A stretch of 64,000 nucleotides of DNA from a bacterium. Its GTDB lineage: Bacteria; UBA8248. The position numbers and the translations under genes are program-made. The DNA lies in contig OZ241875.1 of assembly GCA_965203325.1 (NCBI GenBank), positions 480,001 to 544,000 of the forward strand, read 5' to 3'. Within the stretch, counting starts at the first letter, position 1, and each line of letters starts with the position of its first letter. Below the pieces are notes generated by a model, which saw nothing but the letters and a program-made list of their open reading frames with translations, was not told the DNA's origin and made no database searches. Of the stretch, positions 33,050-42,632 are shown one piece after another.

Positions 33050-34600
33050 TCAGTTTCCGGCTTCTGCGAACGCCTCGCGGTAAATCGTTTCGATTCGCGT
33101 CGCCTCGTCATCGGTCAGCGCGGCGAATTCCTTTTCCCGGCCCCGGCGGGAAAGGCTGCCGCCGTTGCGCCGCAGGAACCGGAACAGAAGGTCGGACAGC
33201 CTCTCCGGCATGTCGACCACCAGGTTCAGTTCCCTGCGAAATTCGTCGTAGCGCTCCAGGAAAGAGACTTCTTCCGGCAGGTCGTGCTCGACGGTCCGCT
33301 GCACGCATCCATACAGGAACTCGGTCTGCGGCGTCGCATCGAAGAACCGGTAGAAATCGTCCGTATCGTTCAAGACTTGGACGTTGCCGCTGTCCGTCGG
33401 CTCCCAGTCCACTGCCGGCAGCAGCCGCTGCGAATAGTCTTCGAGCGCGAGGCGGTAGTCGTCGACCCGCTCCAGAATGGCCGCCGATACGGGAAAGACG
33501 ACGCCGGGCGGGTTGAAACCGCGCCGGGCCAGCACATGGTGTACCAGATAGCGGTGGAGACGGCCGTTTCCGTCCTCGAAAGGGTGGATGTAGACGAAGC
33601 CGAACGCGAGGACCGACGCCGCCACGACCGGATCGAGCTGTTGGGCGGCCCCCCGGGCGAAATCGATCATGCCCTCCACGAGCCGGGCCAGACGGTCCGG
33701 CCGGGCGCTGATGTGGACCGGTATCGGCACCCCCGATTCGCGGTCCCGTTCGCCGACGAAACCGCCCTCGGCCCGCAGACCGAGGCGGACGAACCGGGCA
33801 TCGCCGATCACGATGCTTTGTAAGCGCAGCAGTTCGTCAAGATCGATCGCTTGCCCGCCGGCCTGGCCGATGGCGCGGCCCCACCGCTGGATGCGGTCGT
33901 GAGGCGGATGCTCGCCCTCGATGGCGAAGCTGGACCTGGAATCTTTCAGCAACAGGAAGGCCGCCGTGCGCGCCAGCAGATCGCGCGGGACCGCCGCAAC
34001 GGCATCCCCCGCGCGCGCGCCCAGGTCCATGGCGATGAAGCGCTCCAGCGCCTCGGTGCGGAACACCAGCGGACAGAATTCCGGCGTGCCGGGCAGGTTG
34101 TTCTTTACCCGGTGGCGCGGCGAGGTTTCCGCCTGGACGGCATATTGCAGATCCGGATCGACGACTTGCGCATAGGCACCGCGATCGGCGTTCGGCAGAT
34201 CGAGCCGCGTCCCACTCAGCCACTCATAGAGGAACCAGATACGCCTGGCGTAGGCGCCCGTCGGCTTGGCCTTGACGATGTTTTCGACGGGCGCGGGGCC
34301 GCTCGCGGCGAACAGGCGTTTCAGCACTGAGAGATGAAGCCCCTCGTGCTTCAGCGCGAAGGTGAGGTGGGCTCCTAAGCTCGCATCCGGCGCATAGCGG
34401 GGCGAGTAGATACGCCAGCCGCCATCCTCGATGCGCCTGTGTCGCTCGCCCGTGGCGCTCAATACGCGCGGCAGCGGCACGCGCAGCCCGTAGGCTTTGA
34501 TGAGCGCGGCGTATCCGGCCGGCGTGGCCCTCTCCGGGAGCCGCCGTTCCTGAAAAACGGTAACCGGGCCTGAAAAACGATTCTTTTCGGGGACGTTCAT
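33050..34600 (-). CDS. Fic-family AMPylase with N-terminal inhibitory motif (class II)
   Basis: HPFEDGNGRLHR catalytic motif; SSFAIEG alpha-inh motif. Confidence 0.92.
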   Translation of the reverse strand: MNVPEKNRFSGPVTVFQERRLPERATPAGYAALIKAYGLRVPLPRVLSATGERHRRIEDGGWRIYSPRYAPDASLGAHLTFALKHEGLHLSVLKRLFAASGPAPVENIVKAKPTGAYARRIWFLYEWLSGTRLDLPNADRGAYAQVVDPDLQYAVQAETSPRHRVKNNLPGTPEFCPLVFRTEALERFIAMDLGARAGDAVAAVPRDLLARTAAFLLLKDSRSSFAIEGEHPPHDRIQRWGRAIGQAGGQAIDLDELLRLQSIVIGDARFVRLGLRAEGGFVGERDRESGVPIPVHISARPDRLARLVEGMIDFARGAAQQLDPVVAASVLAFGFVYIHPFEDGNGRLHRYLVHHVLARRGFNPPGVVFPVSAAILERVDDYRLALEDYSQRLLPAVDWEPTDSGNVQVLNDTDDFYRFFDATPQTEFLYGCVQRTVEHDLPEEVSFLERYDEFRRELNLVVDMPERLSDLLFRFLRRNGGSLSRRGREKEFAALTDDEATRIETIYREAFAEAGN

Positions 34601-34933
34601 CTTAAAACGGTTCCTTGTCCGTGAAAAACGGTATTCTTCTATGAATATTGATAACACATACGGACTAAAATGAAAAACTATTATTTCTTGTGGTGAAATC
34701 ACACAGATATGTTCTGCTTGTATCGTCGCACCCCGGAAGACCCTGTCGCGCCTTGGCGACGGGCCGGGGTTCCTATCGTCCGGGATGTTTACCGATATGG
34801 TTTTGACGAGCGGTCGAGAACGGGGGTTCCGTCCGCACCAATGCGGCGCGGCGGATTGGAACCGTGCCGGGAAAAATGATAAGATAAAAATCTACGCGAG
34901 ATTCTATTTCCAGACCCACAAGGAAAACGGACG

Positions 34934-35380
34934 ATGCAAAGCGTCGAGAAACTCGCGCCGCCGGTTCTTGTTTTAGTGTCAATCGGGTTTTTATTTCTTT
35001 TCGGGTACAATGCAACGCAGCGTCCGCTGACGAACATGGAAGCGTACGTTTTCCAAATCTTCGCGCTCCTGGCGGGACTTGGAGGTTCATACGTTTTCGG
35101 TCGCCGAGCGGCCATCACCGGGCCGCATGCGCGCTCCGCATTCAGGCGGCTCGCTTCCCTGTATGGCGGCATGGGCCGCGTGGCGGACATCATCGCCGAG
35201 GGAAAGCCCGAAGACGACGCGACGAAGATGAAGATCATCGAAGCAATCGTCATGGAGCAGATAACCACGCTGGACGATGCGCTGTCGGATTGGCAGGATG
35301 TCGTTCCGGAATCGGTGGAGGAACTGCGGCAAGAACTAAGAGGGACGATTCAGGAGTCGGGAGGGCGGACGAATGGATGA
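34934..35380 (+). CDS. Hypothetical 2-TM membrane protein with coiled-coil C-terminus
   Basis: Two hydrophobic segments; AAGGA RBS; overlaps the start of the next gene. Confidence 0.7.
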   Translation: MQSVEKLAPPVLVLVSIGFLFLFGYNATQRPLTNMEAYVFQIFALLAGLGGSYVFGRRAAITGPHARSAFRRLASLYGGMGRVADIIAEGKPEDDATKMKIIEAIVMEQITTLDDALSDWQDVVPESVEELRQELRGTIQESGGRTNG

Positions 35381-35801
35381 TCCGATTCGAGGGAAAGTCG
35401 CCAAGATTCTCAACGCGCGCGAAGTCGCCATCAACCTGGGCAGCGCGCAAGGGGTGCGCCCCGGCATGTATTTCGACGTCGTAGCACGGTATGAGGACAT
35501 CGTGGACCCCGATACGAGGGAATCCCTGGGCGCCATCGAGCGCCCGAAAACCAGGGTGAAAATCACCTGGGTGCAGGAAAAGCTGTCCCTGGCTTCCACC
35601 TATAAAAGCCGGGAAGTCGCCGTCGGCGGGATGCCCCTGGGGGAATTCTCCAGAGCGCTGATGCCGCCCAAGTGGTTGAAAAAATACGAGACCCTCACGG
35701 CGGAGGAAACCGCCGAGCCTCTCGATGAGAAGGAAAGCCTCGTGAAGGTGGGCGACGCCGTCGTCCAGGTCGTCCCGGTCGCCGCAGAAGAGCGCGTATA
35801 A
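35373..35801 (+). CDS. Hypothetical protein resembling the FlgT C-terminal beta domain
   Basis: GKVAKI...VAINLGSAQGVRPGM.F.V....IVDPDTRESLG...VKITWVQEKLS...VGDAV. Confidence 0.65.
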   Translation: MDDPIRGKVAKILNAREVAINLGSAQGVRPGMYFDVVARYEDIVDPDTRESLGAIERPKTRVKITWVQEKLSLASTYKSREVAVGGMPLGEFSRALMPPKWLKKYETLTAEETAEPLDEKESLVKVGDAVVQVVPVAAEERV

Positions 35802-35862
35802 CCGAGGCGAACGAGGTGTCGGGCCGGGAGTGCGGCCCCTCCGGGTCAAACCCTCCCGAAAA

Positions 35863-36069
35863 GGAGTTGTTGCAAAAGCCCCTTCGCCCCGAGCAGCGGC
35901 CCCGCTCGCCTCCTCGCCTTGAAAACCAACCCCCCCTACCCCCCCTTGTCAGGGGGGCAAGAAAAAACAAAAGCCCCTCTGCCGGCGGCGGGCGCCGCCT
36001 TTTCATACCCCCCTGACAAGGGGGGGTAGGGGGGGTTGCTCCTTTGACAAAGGCTTTTTCAACAACCTC
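35863..36069. mobile_element. MITE-like element, subfamily B (IS-like outer ends plus C7-TA-C7-TTGTCAGGGG palindromic arms)
   Basis: Outer GAGTTGTTGCAAAAGCC ... GGCTTTTTCAACAACCTC; inner inverted arms about 35927-36038. Confidence 0.65.
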
Positions 36070-36076
36070 TTGAGGC

Positions 36077-37381
36077 CTAGTCGACCGCGTCCTCGCCCCG
36101 GGCGTGGGCCAGTTCGCGCGCGCTCGGGTTGACCGACGGGCGGAAGGGGACCTCGCAGACCTCCGCGCGGTCGGGCCGGCCCGGCTCGCCGGCGTACTCG
36201 TCCGGCAGCCAGACCAAAAGCTCGGTCCCGACCGCCGACTTGCCGATCGGCACGTAGCCCAGCGCGATGTTGCACCCCAGTTCCGGGGCGTGCCACGGCG
36301 AAGTCAGGTAGCCGATAGGGTCACCTCCATCGGCGTCCGAGACCAGCCAGAAGTCGGGCGCGTAGTCGTCGATCGGCTTGCCGCCCAGCTTCACCCCCAC
36401 CATCACCATCGAGAACGGCGGACGCCCCGCTTCGATCTCGGCCCGCATCCGCTCAAGCGCCGCCCGGCCGATGTAGTCGCCCCGCTTTTTGCGCGGCACC
36501 TGGTAGGCCAGGTTGCACTGAAAGGGCACCGTCTCGTGGTCGATGTCCTGCCCCCAGGAGAGGATGCCGGCCTGGATGCGGCGCTGGTGGCCGGGGGCGG
36601 TGACCATGAGCCGGTGCGGCTCGCCCGCCTCAATCACCGCGCGCCAGAGCTTCTCGGCGTGCAGGGTGGCGTCGCGCAGGTAGATCTCATAACCCTTCTC
36701 TCCCGAGAAGCCGGATTGGGTGACGACCACCGGGCAGCCCCCGACCTCGGCTTCCAGGACCCCGTAGTAGGGGATGTCCCGGACGCCTTCGCCCACCAGA
36801 TCGACCATCAGCGCGAGCGACTTCGGGCCCTGGATCTGCAGCGGGCAGACGTCGATCTCGTTGATCTCCACGTCCATCCGCTTCCCGACGTTGACGCCCT
36901 GGAGCCAGTAGAGCAGGTCGGAGTCCGCCAGCGAGAACCAGAATTCCTCCCCGGCCAGGCGCAGCAGGACCGGGTCGTTCAGAATCCCGCCCTTCTCGTT
37001 GCAGAGGATGACGTACTTCGCCTGCATCGGCCGGATGCGGGTCGCGTCGCGCGTGATGACGTAGTCGACGAACCGCTCCGCGTCCGGCCCCTTCACTTGA
37101 ATCTGCCGCTCGACCGCGACGTTCCAAACCGTCACGTGGCTCGTCAGCGCCTCGTGCTCGACGGCGGCGCCGCCGTCTTCGGGCCTGACGTAGCCGCGCG
37201 GATGATAGACGCGGTTGTAGACCGTGGCCCGCCAGCAGCCCGCCTCGTGGGACAGGTGCCAGTAGGGCGACTTCCGCACCCGCGTGGAGATGAGCATTTC
37301 CACGGGCGTCCGGCCGCTCTGGCGCAGGTTGACGGGAACGATGCGGTCGGACTGGTCGACACTTTGCGGCTGGCCGTTCAT
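36077..37381 (-). CDS. GcvT-fold THF-dependent demethylase, DmdA-like subfamily
   Basis: RVRKSPY..TVYN, VWNVAVERQI, ILNDPVLLRL...FWFSLADSD, IQGPKS; GGAGGAG RBS. Confidence 0.85.
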   Translation of the reverse strand: MNGQPQSVDQSDRIVPVNLRQSGRTPVEMLISTRVRKSPYWHLSHEAGCWRATVYNRVYHPRGYVRPEDGGAAVEHEALTSHVTVWNVAVERQIQVKGPDAERFVDYVITRDATRIRPMQAKYVILCNEKGGILNDPVLLRLAGEEFWFSLADSDLLYWLQGVNVGKRMDVEINEIDVCPLQIQGPKSLALMVDLVGEGVRDIPYYGVLEAEVGGCPVVVTQSGFSGEKGYEIYLRDATLHAEKLWRAVIEAGEPHRLMVTAPGHQRRIQAGILSWGQDIDHETVPFQCNLAYQVPRKKRGDYIGRAALERMRAEIEAGRPPFSMVMVGVKLGGKPIDDYAPDFWLVSDADGGDPIGYLTSPWHAPELGCNIALGYVPIGKSAVGTELLVWLPDEYAGEPGRPDRAEVCEVPFRPSVNPSARELAHARGEDAVD

Positions 37382-37514
37382 GGCTCCTCCTGCTCCGCCG
37401 CGCTTCACGGCTTCCCGGCGCGGCTGCGGTGCGCGAGCGCCTCTGAATGCCCAAGTGGCGGCTGTTGAAATAGCTCCGTGGAGCGATTTTGGTTGAGCGC
37501 ACGCTTTTGAAATT

Positions 37515-37805
37515 CACTCCCCCCTTGAGGGGGTTGTTGAAAAAGTCCCGATGAACGAGGGTTGCAGGTTTTGTAGGGATAGGTCGCGACCTGTCCCTAC
37601 TACGGATACCTCGCTCCAAAACCAACCCCCCATACCCCCCCCTTGTCAGGGGGGTATGAAGAGGCGCCGCCCGCTGCCGGTAGAGGGGCTTTTGTTTTTC
37701 TTGCCCCCTGACAAGGGGGTCTTTCTTTTTTTACCCCCCTGACAAGGGGGGGTAGGGGGGGTTGCCTTTATCCCCTGAGGAGGGACGGCTCTTTCAAAAG
37801 CCCCT
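37515..37805. mobile_element. Composite MITE-like element, subfamily B in inverted orientation, containing a REP-like hairpin
   Basis: GGGTTGTTGAAAAAGTCC end, GTAGGGATAGGTCGCGACCTGTCCCTAC, inverted arms about 37624-37763. Confidence 0.65.
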
Positions 37806-37997
37806 CCTGGCTCGCGAAACTTGTAAACAGGGCGAATTATATGCCATATATGCCATGATTCAAGGCTGACCTTCCGGTCGGGGCGTGATGCGGACGCCGA
37901 CCCCGCTCACGGGGGCGAGACCGGAAACCGGCGCTCCCGGCTCCGGGGCCGGGCGCCTCGCGGGCCGTGACCGCCATGCATACCTGGGAGATCCATC

Positions 37998-40550
37998 CTG
38001 AAAGACGCCATCACCAATCCAGCCGAGAGCGCTTCGCCGACGCCTGCGCGGGCGACGATTGCCGTGATCGGCGCCGGCATCGTCGGGAACTGCCTGGTGG
38101 GGCATCTGGCGGAGCTGGGGTGGGACGACCTGGTGCTGATCGAAAAGGGGCCCCTGCCCAACCCCGGCGGTTCGACCGGCCACGCCTCGAACTTCATCTT
38201 CCCCACCGATCACGACCGCGAAATCACGCTGCTGACGCTGGAGAGCCAGCGCCAGTACGCCGCGCTCGGCGTCAACACCACGTGCGGCGGCATCGAAGTG
38301 GCTCGCACGGAAGCGCGCATGGAAGAGTTGCGCCGGCGGATGACCTCGGCGCTGTGCCGGGGCATCGAGGCCGAGCTGCTCGATCCCGCCGGGGTGGTCG
38401 CCAGGGTGCCGTTCGTGAACGGCGACGTGATCCTGGGCGGCTTCTACACGCCGAGCGTATCGGTGGTCGACCCGGTCCGGGCGGGCGCCATCATGCGCGA
38501 GCGGGCGCAGGCCAAAGGAGCCCTGACCGTGCTGGATAACACCGAGGTCACCGGGCTTGAGGTGTCGCGCCCGGCGTTCGGCCGTCCGCGGGTCCGGGCC
38601 GTGGCGACGACGCGCGGGGAGATAGAGGTGGAGCAGGTGGTGATCGCGTGCGGCGTCTGGAGCCCGCGGGTCGCCGCGCTCGCCGGAGCGACCATCCCGC
38701 TTACCCCGGCGGTGCACCAGATGGTCGACATGGGCTCGATCGACCTGCTGCAAAAAACGGGAAACGAGATCGCCTACCCGATCATCCGCGACATGGACAC
38801 CTTCATGTACGAGCGGCAGAGTCACGAGGCGATGGAGATCGGCTCGTACGCCCATCGCCCCATCCTGGTGCGGCCCGACGACATCCCATCCAATACCGAG
38901 GCGGAGCGGACGCCCACCGAGCTGCCCTTCACCGGCGACGACTTCGCTCCGCAGCTCGAGCACGCCCGGGCGATCATGGGCGAATTGCTCGCCGGTTCCG
39001 AGATGCAGTATTCGGTGAACGGACTGCTCTCGCTGACCCCGGATGCGCGGCAGGTGCTGGGCGAGACCGCCGAGGTGGAGAAGCTCTGGTCGGCGGCCGC
39101 CGTCTGGATCAAGGAGGGCCCCGGCACCGCGCGCCTGATCGCCGAGTGGATCACCCACGGCTATCCGCGCCTGTGCGATCCGCACGGCTCGGACATCACG
39201 CGGTTCTACCCGCACGAGCGGACCGAGCAGCACATCCGGCAGCGATGCCGCGAGCACTTCAACAAGACGTACGGAATCGTGCATCCGCGCGAGCAGTGGG
39301 AGTCCGAGCGCGGGGTGCACCGGGCGCCGTTCCACGACCGCACAGCGGACCTGGGCGCCGAATTCTTCGAAGCGCACGGCTGGGAGCGGCCCCAGTGGTA
39401 CGCGTCGAACGAGGATTTGGTCGCCCGCTACGGCGTTTCGGACCGCCCGCACGAATGGGACCGCCGCTGGTGGTCGCCGATCATCAACGCGGAGCACCTC
39501 CACATGCGGGAGAAGGCCGGGATCGTGGACTTGAGCGCCTTCCAGATCTTCGACGTCACAGGGCTCGGCGTCGTGCCCTACCTGGAGCGGCTGACGGTCA
39601 ACCCCTGCGACCGCCCGGTGGGTTCTTCGATCTACACCCCGCTGCTGACGCCGGAGGGCGGGATTCGCGCCGACCTCACCATACAGAGGCTGGCGCACGA
39701 CCGGTTCCGGGTCGTGACCGGCGTCTTCGACGGCGCGCGCGACGAGGTCTGGTTCCGCCGCCATCTGCCCGGGGACGGCTCGGTCCAGTTCGAGAACCTC
39801 TCCTCAGCGCTCTGCACCATCGGGGTTTGGGGACCGGACGCCCGCGCGCTGCTCTCAGATATTGCCGACGCCCCGCTGACACAGGAGGCGTTTCCCTACG
39901 GGACGACGCAGGAGGTGATCATCGACGGCGTTCCGGCGACGATGCTGCGCATTTCCTACGTGGGCGAGAGCGGATGGGAGATCTACGCGCGGGCATCGCA
40001 CGGCGCGCGCCTGTGGGACGCGATCCGGGAGGCGGGCCGCGCCTTCGACGCCCGGCCCGTCGGCATCGGCGTCTACGGCGCCACGGGACGCCTCGAGAAG
40101 GGATACGCGCTCATGGGCGCCGATCTCACGTCGGAGTACTCGCCGGTGGAGGCGGGCCTGGCGCGGCCCCGCGTGAAGGCCGCGGAATTCATCGGGAAAG
40201 AAGCCTACCTGAAAGCGCGCGACAATGGTCCGGCGGCGAAGCTGTGTACGCTGACGGTGGACAACCACGTCGGCGAATCCGGGATGCTGCGTTTCCCCGC
40301 CGGCAGCAGCGAACCGATCCTGACGCTTGAGGGCGAGCGCCTCGTCGACGCCAAAGGAAGAGAGTCCTTCGTCACCTCGGCCGGCGCGGGACCCTCCCTC
40401 GGCAAATACCTCCTGCTCGCCTATCTGCCGATCGAACAGACGGCACCCGGCAACAAGCTGCAGGTGCAATACATGAACGAGCGCTTCCCGGTGAGCGTGG
40501 CTCCGCACTCGGCGATGTTCGACCCCGAGAACGCCCGCATGAAAGCATAG
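37998..40550 (+). CDS. Dimethylglycine dehydrogenase/oxidase-like flavoprotein (DAO + GcvT domains); probable CTG start
   Basis: ATIAVIGAGIVG Rossmann, GGSTGHA flavinylation His, GWERPQWY, DLS, C-terminal FDPENARMK; GGGAG RBS 7 nt before CTG 37998. Confidence 0.9.
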   Translation: MKDAITNPAESASPTPARATIAVIGAGIVGNCLVGHLAELGWDDLVLIEKGPLPNPGGSTGHASNFIFPTDHDREITLLTLESQRQYAALGVNTTCGGIEVARTEARMEELRRRMTSALCRGIEAELLDPAGVVARVPFVNGDVILGGFYTPSVSVVDPVRAGAIMRERAQAKGALTVLDNTEVTGLEVSRPAFGRPRVRAVATTRGEIEVEQVVIACGVWSPRVAALAGATIPLTPAVHQMVDMGSIDLLQKTGNEIAYPIIRDMDTFMYERQSHEAMEIGSYAHRPILVRPDDIPSNTEAERTPTELPFTGDDFAPQLEHARAIMGELLAGSEMQYSVNGLLSLTPDARQVLGETAEVEKLWSAAAVWIKEGPGTARLIAEWITHGYPRLCDPHGSDITRFYPHERTEQHIRQRCREHFNKTYGIVHPREQWESERGVHRAPFHDRTADLGAEFFEAHGWERPQWYASNEDLVARYGVSDRPHEWDRRWWSPIINAEHLHMREKAGIVDLSAFQIFDVTGLGVVPYLERLTVNPCDRPVGSSIYTPLLTPEGGIRADLTIQRLAHDRFRVVTGVFDGARDEVWFRRHLPGDGSVQFENLSSALCTIGVWGPDARALLSDIADAPLTQEAFPYGTTQEVIIDGVPATMLRISYVGESGWEIYARASHGARLWDAIREAGRAFDARPVGIGVYGATGRLEKGYALMGADLTSEYSPVEAGLARPRVKAAEFIGKEAYLKARDNGPAAKLCTLTVDNHVGESGMLRFPAGSSEPILTLEGERLVDAKGRESFVTSAGAGPSLGKYLLLAYLPIEQTAPGNKLQVQYMNERFPVSVAPHSAMFDPENARMKA

Positions 40551-40587
40551 CCGGGGGAAATACCGGACGGCCGGGCTATTGCATTGA

Positions 40588-40630
40588 CCTCATCCTGAGT
40601 AGGCGCGCAAGCGCCGTATCGAAGGATGGG
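40588..40630. repeat. Palindromic intergenic repeat (CCTCATCCTGAGTAGGCGC...GTATCGAAGGATG)
   Basis: Related paired copy at 58092-58182. Confidence 0.6.
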
Positions 40631-40642
40631 AAACGCAAACGC

Positions 40643-41995
40643 TCATTCATCAGTCGCATTTGCCTCCCCCACCGCATTGTCGAACACCACCACCGGATCA
40701 AAGTCCGCGATATCCACCCGGGGCAATGAAACGCCCGCGTAGGCACCCGCCGCAAGGAACTTCTCGAGCAGGTCCGCATCGCTCAGCGGCCTCTCCGGCA
40801 TCCCGCGCGCCACCCCGCAAAAGCCGGTTGCGGAGCGGCCGTCGCCGAGCGTCAGCGTGAGGCGAATGCACTCGGGGTATTTCGCGCGCATGGCGTCGGT
40901 GGAAAGGTCTGGGGCGCGCTTCATACTCACCCGCGCCATGAGGGCGGACTTCTCGGGGCCGATGGCGTCGGGCACCAGATCCTCGAAGCGCACCCGCCCG
41001 TGGACCGCGGCGCAGGCCAGGGCGTAAGGCAGGCTGAACTGCATCTCCTGCGGCGTGGCCGGGTCTGGAAAGACGAGACTCTCATAAACGAGCTTCGGCA
41101 CTTCGGCATGAACACCTGCGACCTCGTTCACGCTTGCGCCGAGTTCGGCCATGAGCGCGTTCATCTGCTCGATGGCCGCGAGCGCCGCCGAGCAGACAGG
41201 GCTTGTCTTGAACAAAAGGCCCGGCTCGCACAGGCGCCAGCGCTTTCCGATGGTTTCGAGTTCGGCTTCGAGGACCTCACCCCGGTTCAGCAGCTTCAGG
41301 TAGCCTCGCTCATTCTCGAACGCGTCTTCCGGCCCGGTAAGCCCGGCCCCGGCCGCCCGGGCGAACGTAACGGCCCGCCGCGCGGCCTCGCCGACCAGGA
41401 GGGGCTTGGCGTCCGTGCCGAGCACCGCCTTCCCACCGCCTGAAGCGGCTGCCGCCAGGCCGATAGCGCTCGTCATCGCGTCCTCATCGAGCCCGAGCAG
41501 GCATCCTGCGGCAACTGTCGCGCCCGTGAGGCCGAAAGTGGCCGTGCTCCACCAGCCGTCGAAATAGTGCGCATGCGTGCATATATCGGCGAGAACGTAC
41601 GCCACCTCCGAACCCGCGACGAAGGCGCGGCGAAGCGCGTCGGCATCAGAACCTGCTTCCTGCGCCAGGGCCATGGCGGCGGGCAGCACCACCGCCGAGC
41701 CGTGCATGATGCCCGTGTAGGAGGTATCGTCGAAGTCCCAGACGTGCGCCGCCGTTCCGTTCACCAGCGCAGCGGCTTCGGCGTCCGCCCGCCCGCCCGT
41801 CGCGAGCGTCGCCTTCCCCTCCCCGCGCAAAGTGGCCTGAGCCAGAGCGCGCACCGATGGATGTGCGCCCCCCGCGAGCATGACGCCCATGGTGTCGAGA
41901 ATGGCCCTGTCCGCAACTTTATTGACGTCTGAGTCGATGCGTTCCAGACCACAGGCGAACGCCGCGAATTGTCTGGCGATTGTCTGTGTACTCAT
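40643..41995 (-). CDS. MmgE/PrpD-family protein (paralog 2, divergent active-site loop)
   Basis: AALVNGTAAHVWDFDDT, MHGS, QFSLPYALA. Confidence 0.9.
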   Translation of the reverse strand: MSTQTIARQFAAFACGLERIDSDVNKVADRAILDTMGVMLAGGAHPSVRALAQATLRGEGKATLATGGRADAEAAALVNGTAAHVWDFDDTSYTGIMHGSAVVLPAAMALAQEAGSDADALRRAFVAGSEVAYVLADICTHAHYFDGWWSTATFGLTGATVAAGCLLGLDEDAMTSAIGLAAAASGGGKAVLGTDAKPLLVGEAARRAVTFARAAGAGLTGPEDAFENERGYLKLLNRGEVLEAELETIGKRWRLCEPGLLFKTSPVCSAALAAIEQMNALMAELGASVNEVAGVHAEVPKLVYESLVFPDPATPQEMQFSLPYALACAAVHGRVRFEDLVPDAIGPEKSALMARVSMKRAPDLSTDAMRAKYPECIRLTLTLGDGRSATGFCGVARGMPERPLSDADLLEKFLAAGAYAGVSLPRVDIADFDPVVVFDNAVGEANATDE

Positions 41996-42044
41996 GTGGC
42001 GGCGGCGCTGTTCCGGGGCGGGGGCAGATGCCCCTTCAACCACC

Positions 42045-42455
42045 CTACGGAGCGGGTGGCGCGGACGTGCGGCGGATGAGTTCCCTGAGCGACTCGCTCT
42101 GGACTTTGATCGCCTCCATGTTTTCCCGGTGTCGGCTTTCTATGGCCTCCATCGTTTCCCGGTGCTGGTCGCTTTGCGCCTCTTGCTGACGATTAAGCAC
42201 CGCCATGGTTTCTTGATGTTGCGCCATGGCTGCTTGATGTCGGCTGTCCAGCGCCTTCATGGTCTCTCGATGCTGCGCCATGTTTTCCCGGTGCTGGGCG
42301 TCGCGCTGACGCGATGCCTGGCGCATGATGTAGAGACCATACGCGATCAGGCTGCATTGCGCGGCGCCGACGAGAGCGGCGACCCATACGGCGGCTTGTT
42401 GCGCCGCGAGAGCGGCTTCTTGCAAGGCGAGGCTTGCGGTTTCGTATTCCGTCAT
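42045..42455 (-). CDS. Hypothetical single-TM coiled-coil protein with (Q/R)H(R/Q)E(N/T)M repeats
   Basis: Hydrophobic N-terminal helix followed by repeated QHRENM/QHRETM/RHRENM; GGAGAG RBS. Confidence 0.7.
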   Translation of the reverse strand: MTEYETASLALQEAALAAQQAAVWVAALVGAAQCSLIAYGLYIMRQASRQRDAQHRENMAQHRETMKALDSRHQAAMAQHQETMAVLNRQQEAQSDQHRETMEAIESRHRENMEAIKVQSESLRELIRRTSAPPAP

Positions 42456-42632
42456 TCTGTTCTCTCCATTATTTTCTCGTGGAGATAGCAAGCCAAGCCA
42501 GTTTCACCCAGAGCGCGAAAGATGTCAAAGCGAAGGTGCGTCGGCATTCCGCCCGTTCTGTTCACAGGAAAGTCATTCTTGGATGCAGACGCAACGAACC
42601 TGTGCAAGACGGTGAGGCGTGGTGATTTCCCC

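Noticed and set aside
36077..37381. Glycine cleavage system T protein (gcvT) or confirmed dmdA
   Set aside because: No gcvH/gcvP nearby and the sequence is DmdA-like, but too divergent to assign DMSP specificity without a phylogeny
37860..39764. Long antisense ORFs (634 aa here; also 51307-53088, 56114-57583, 36104-37468)
   Set aside because: Shadow frames of well-supported high-GC genes on the opposite strand, with no recognisable motifs
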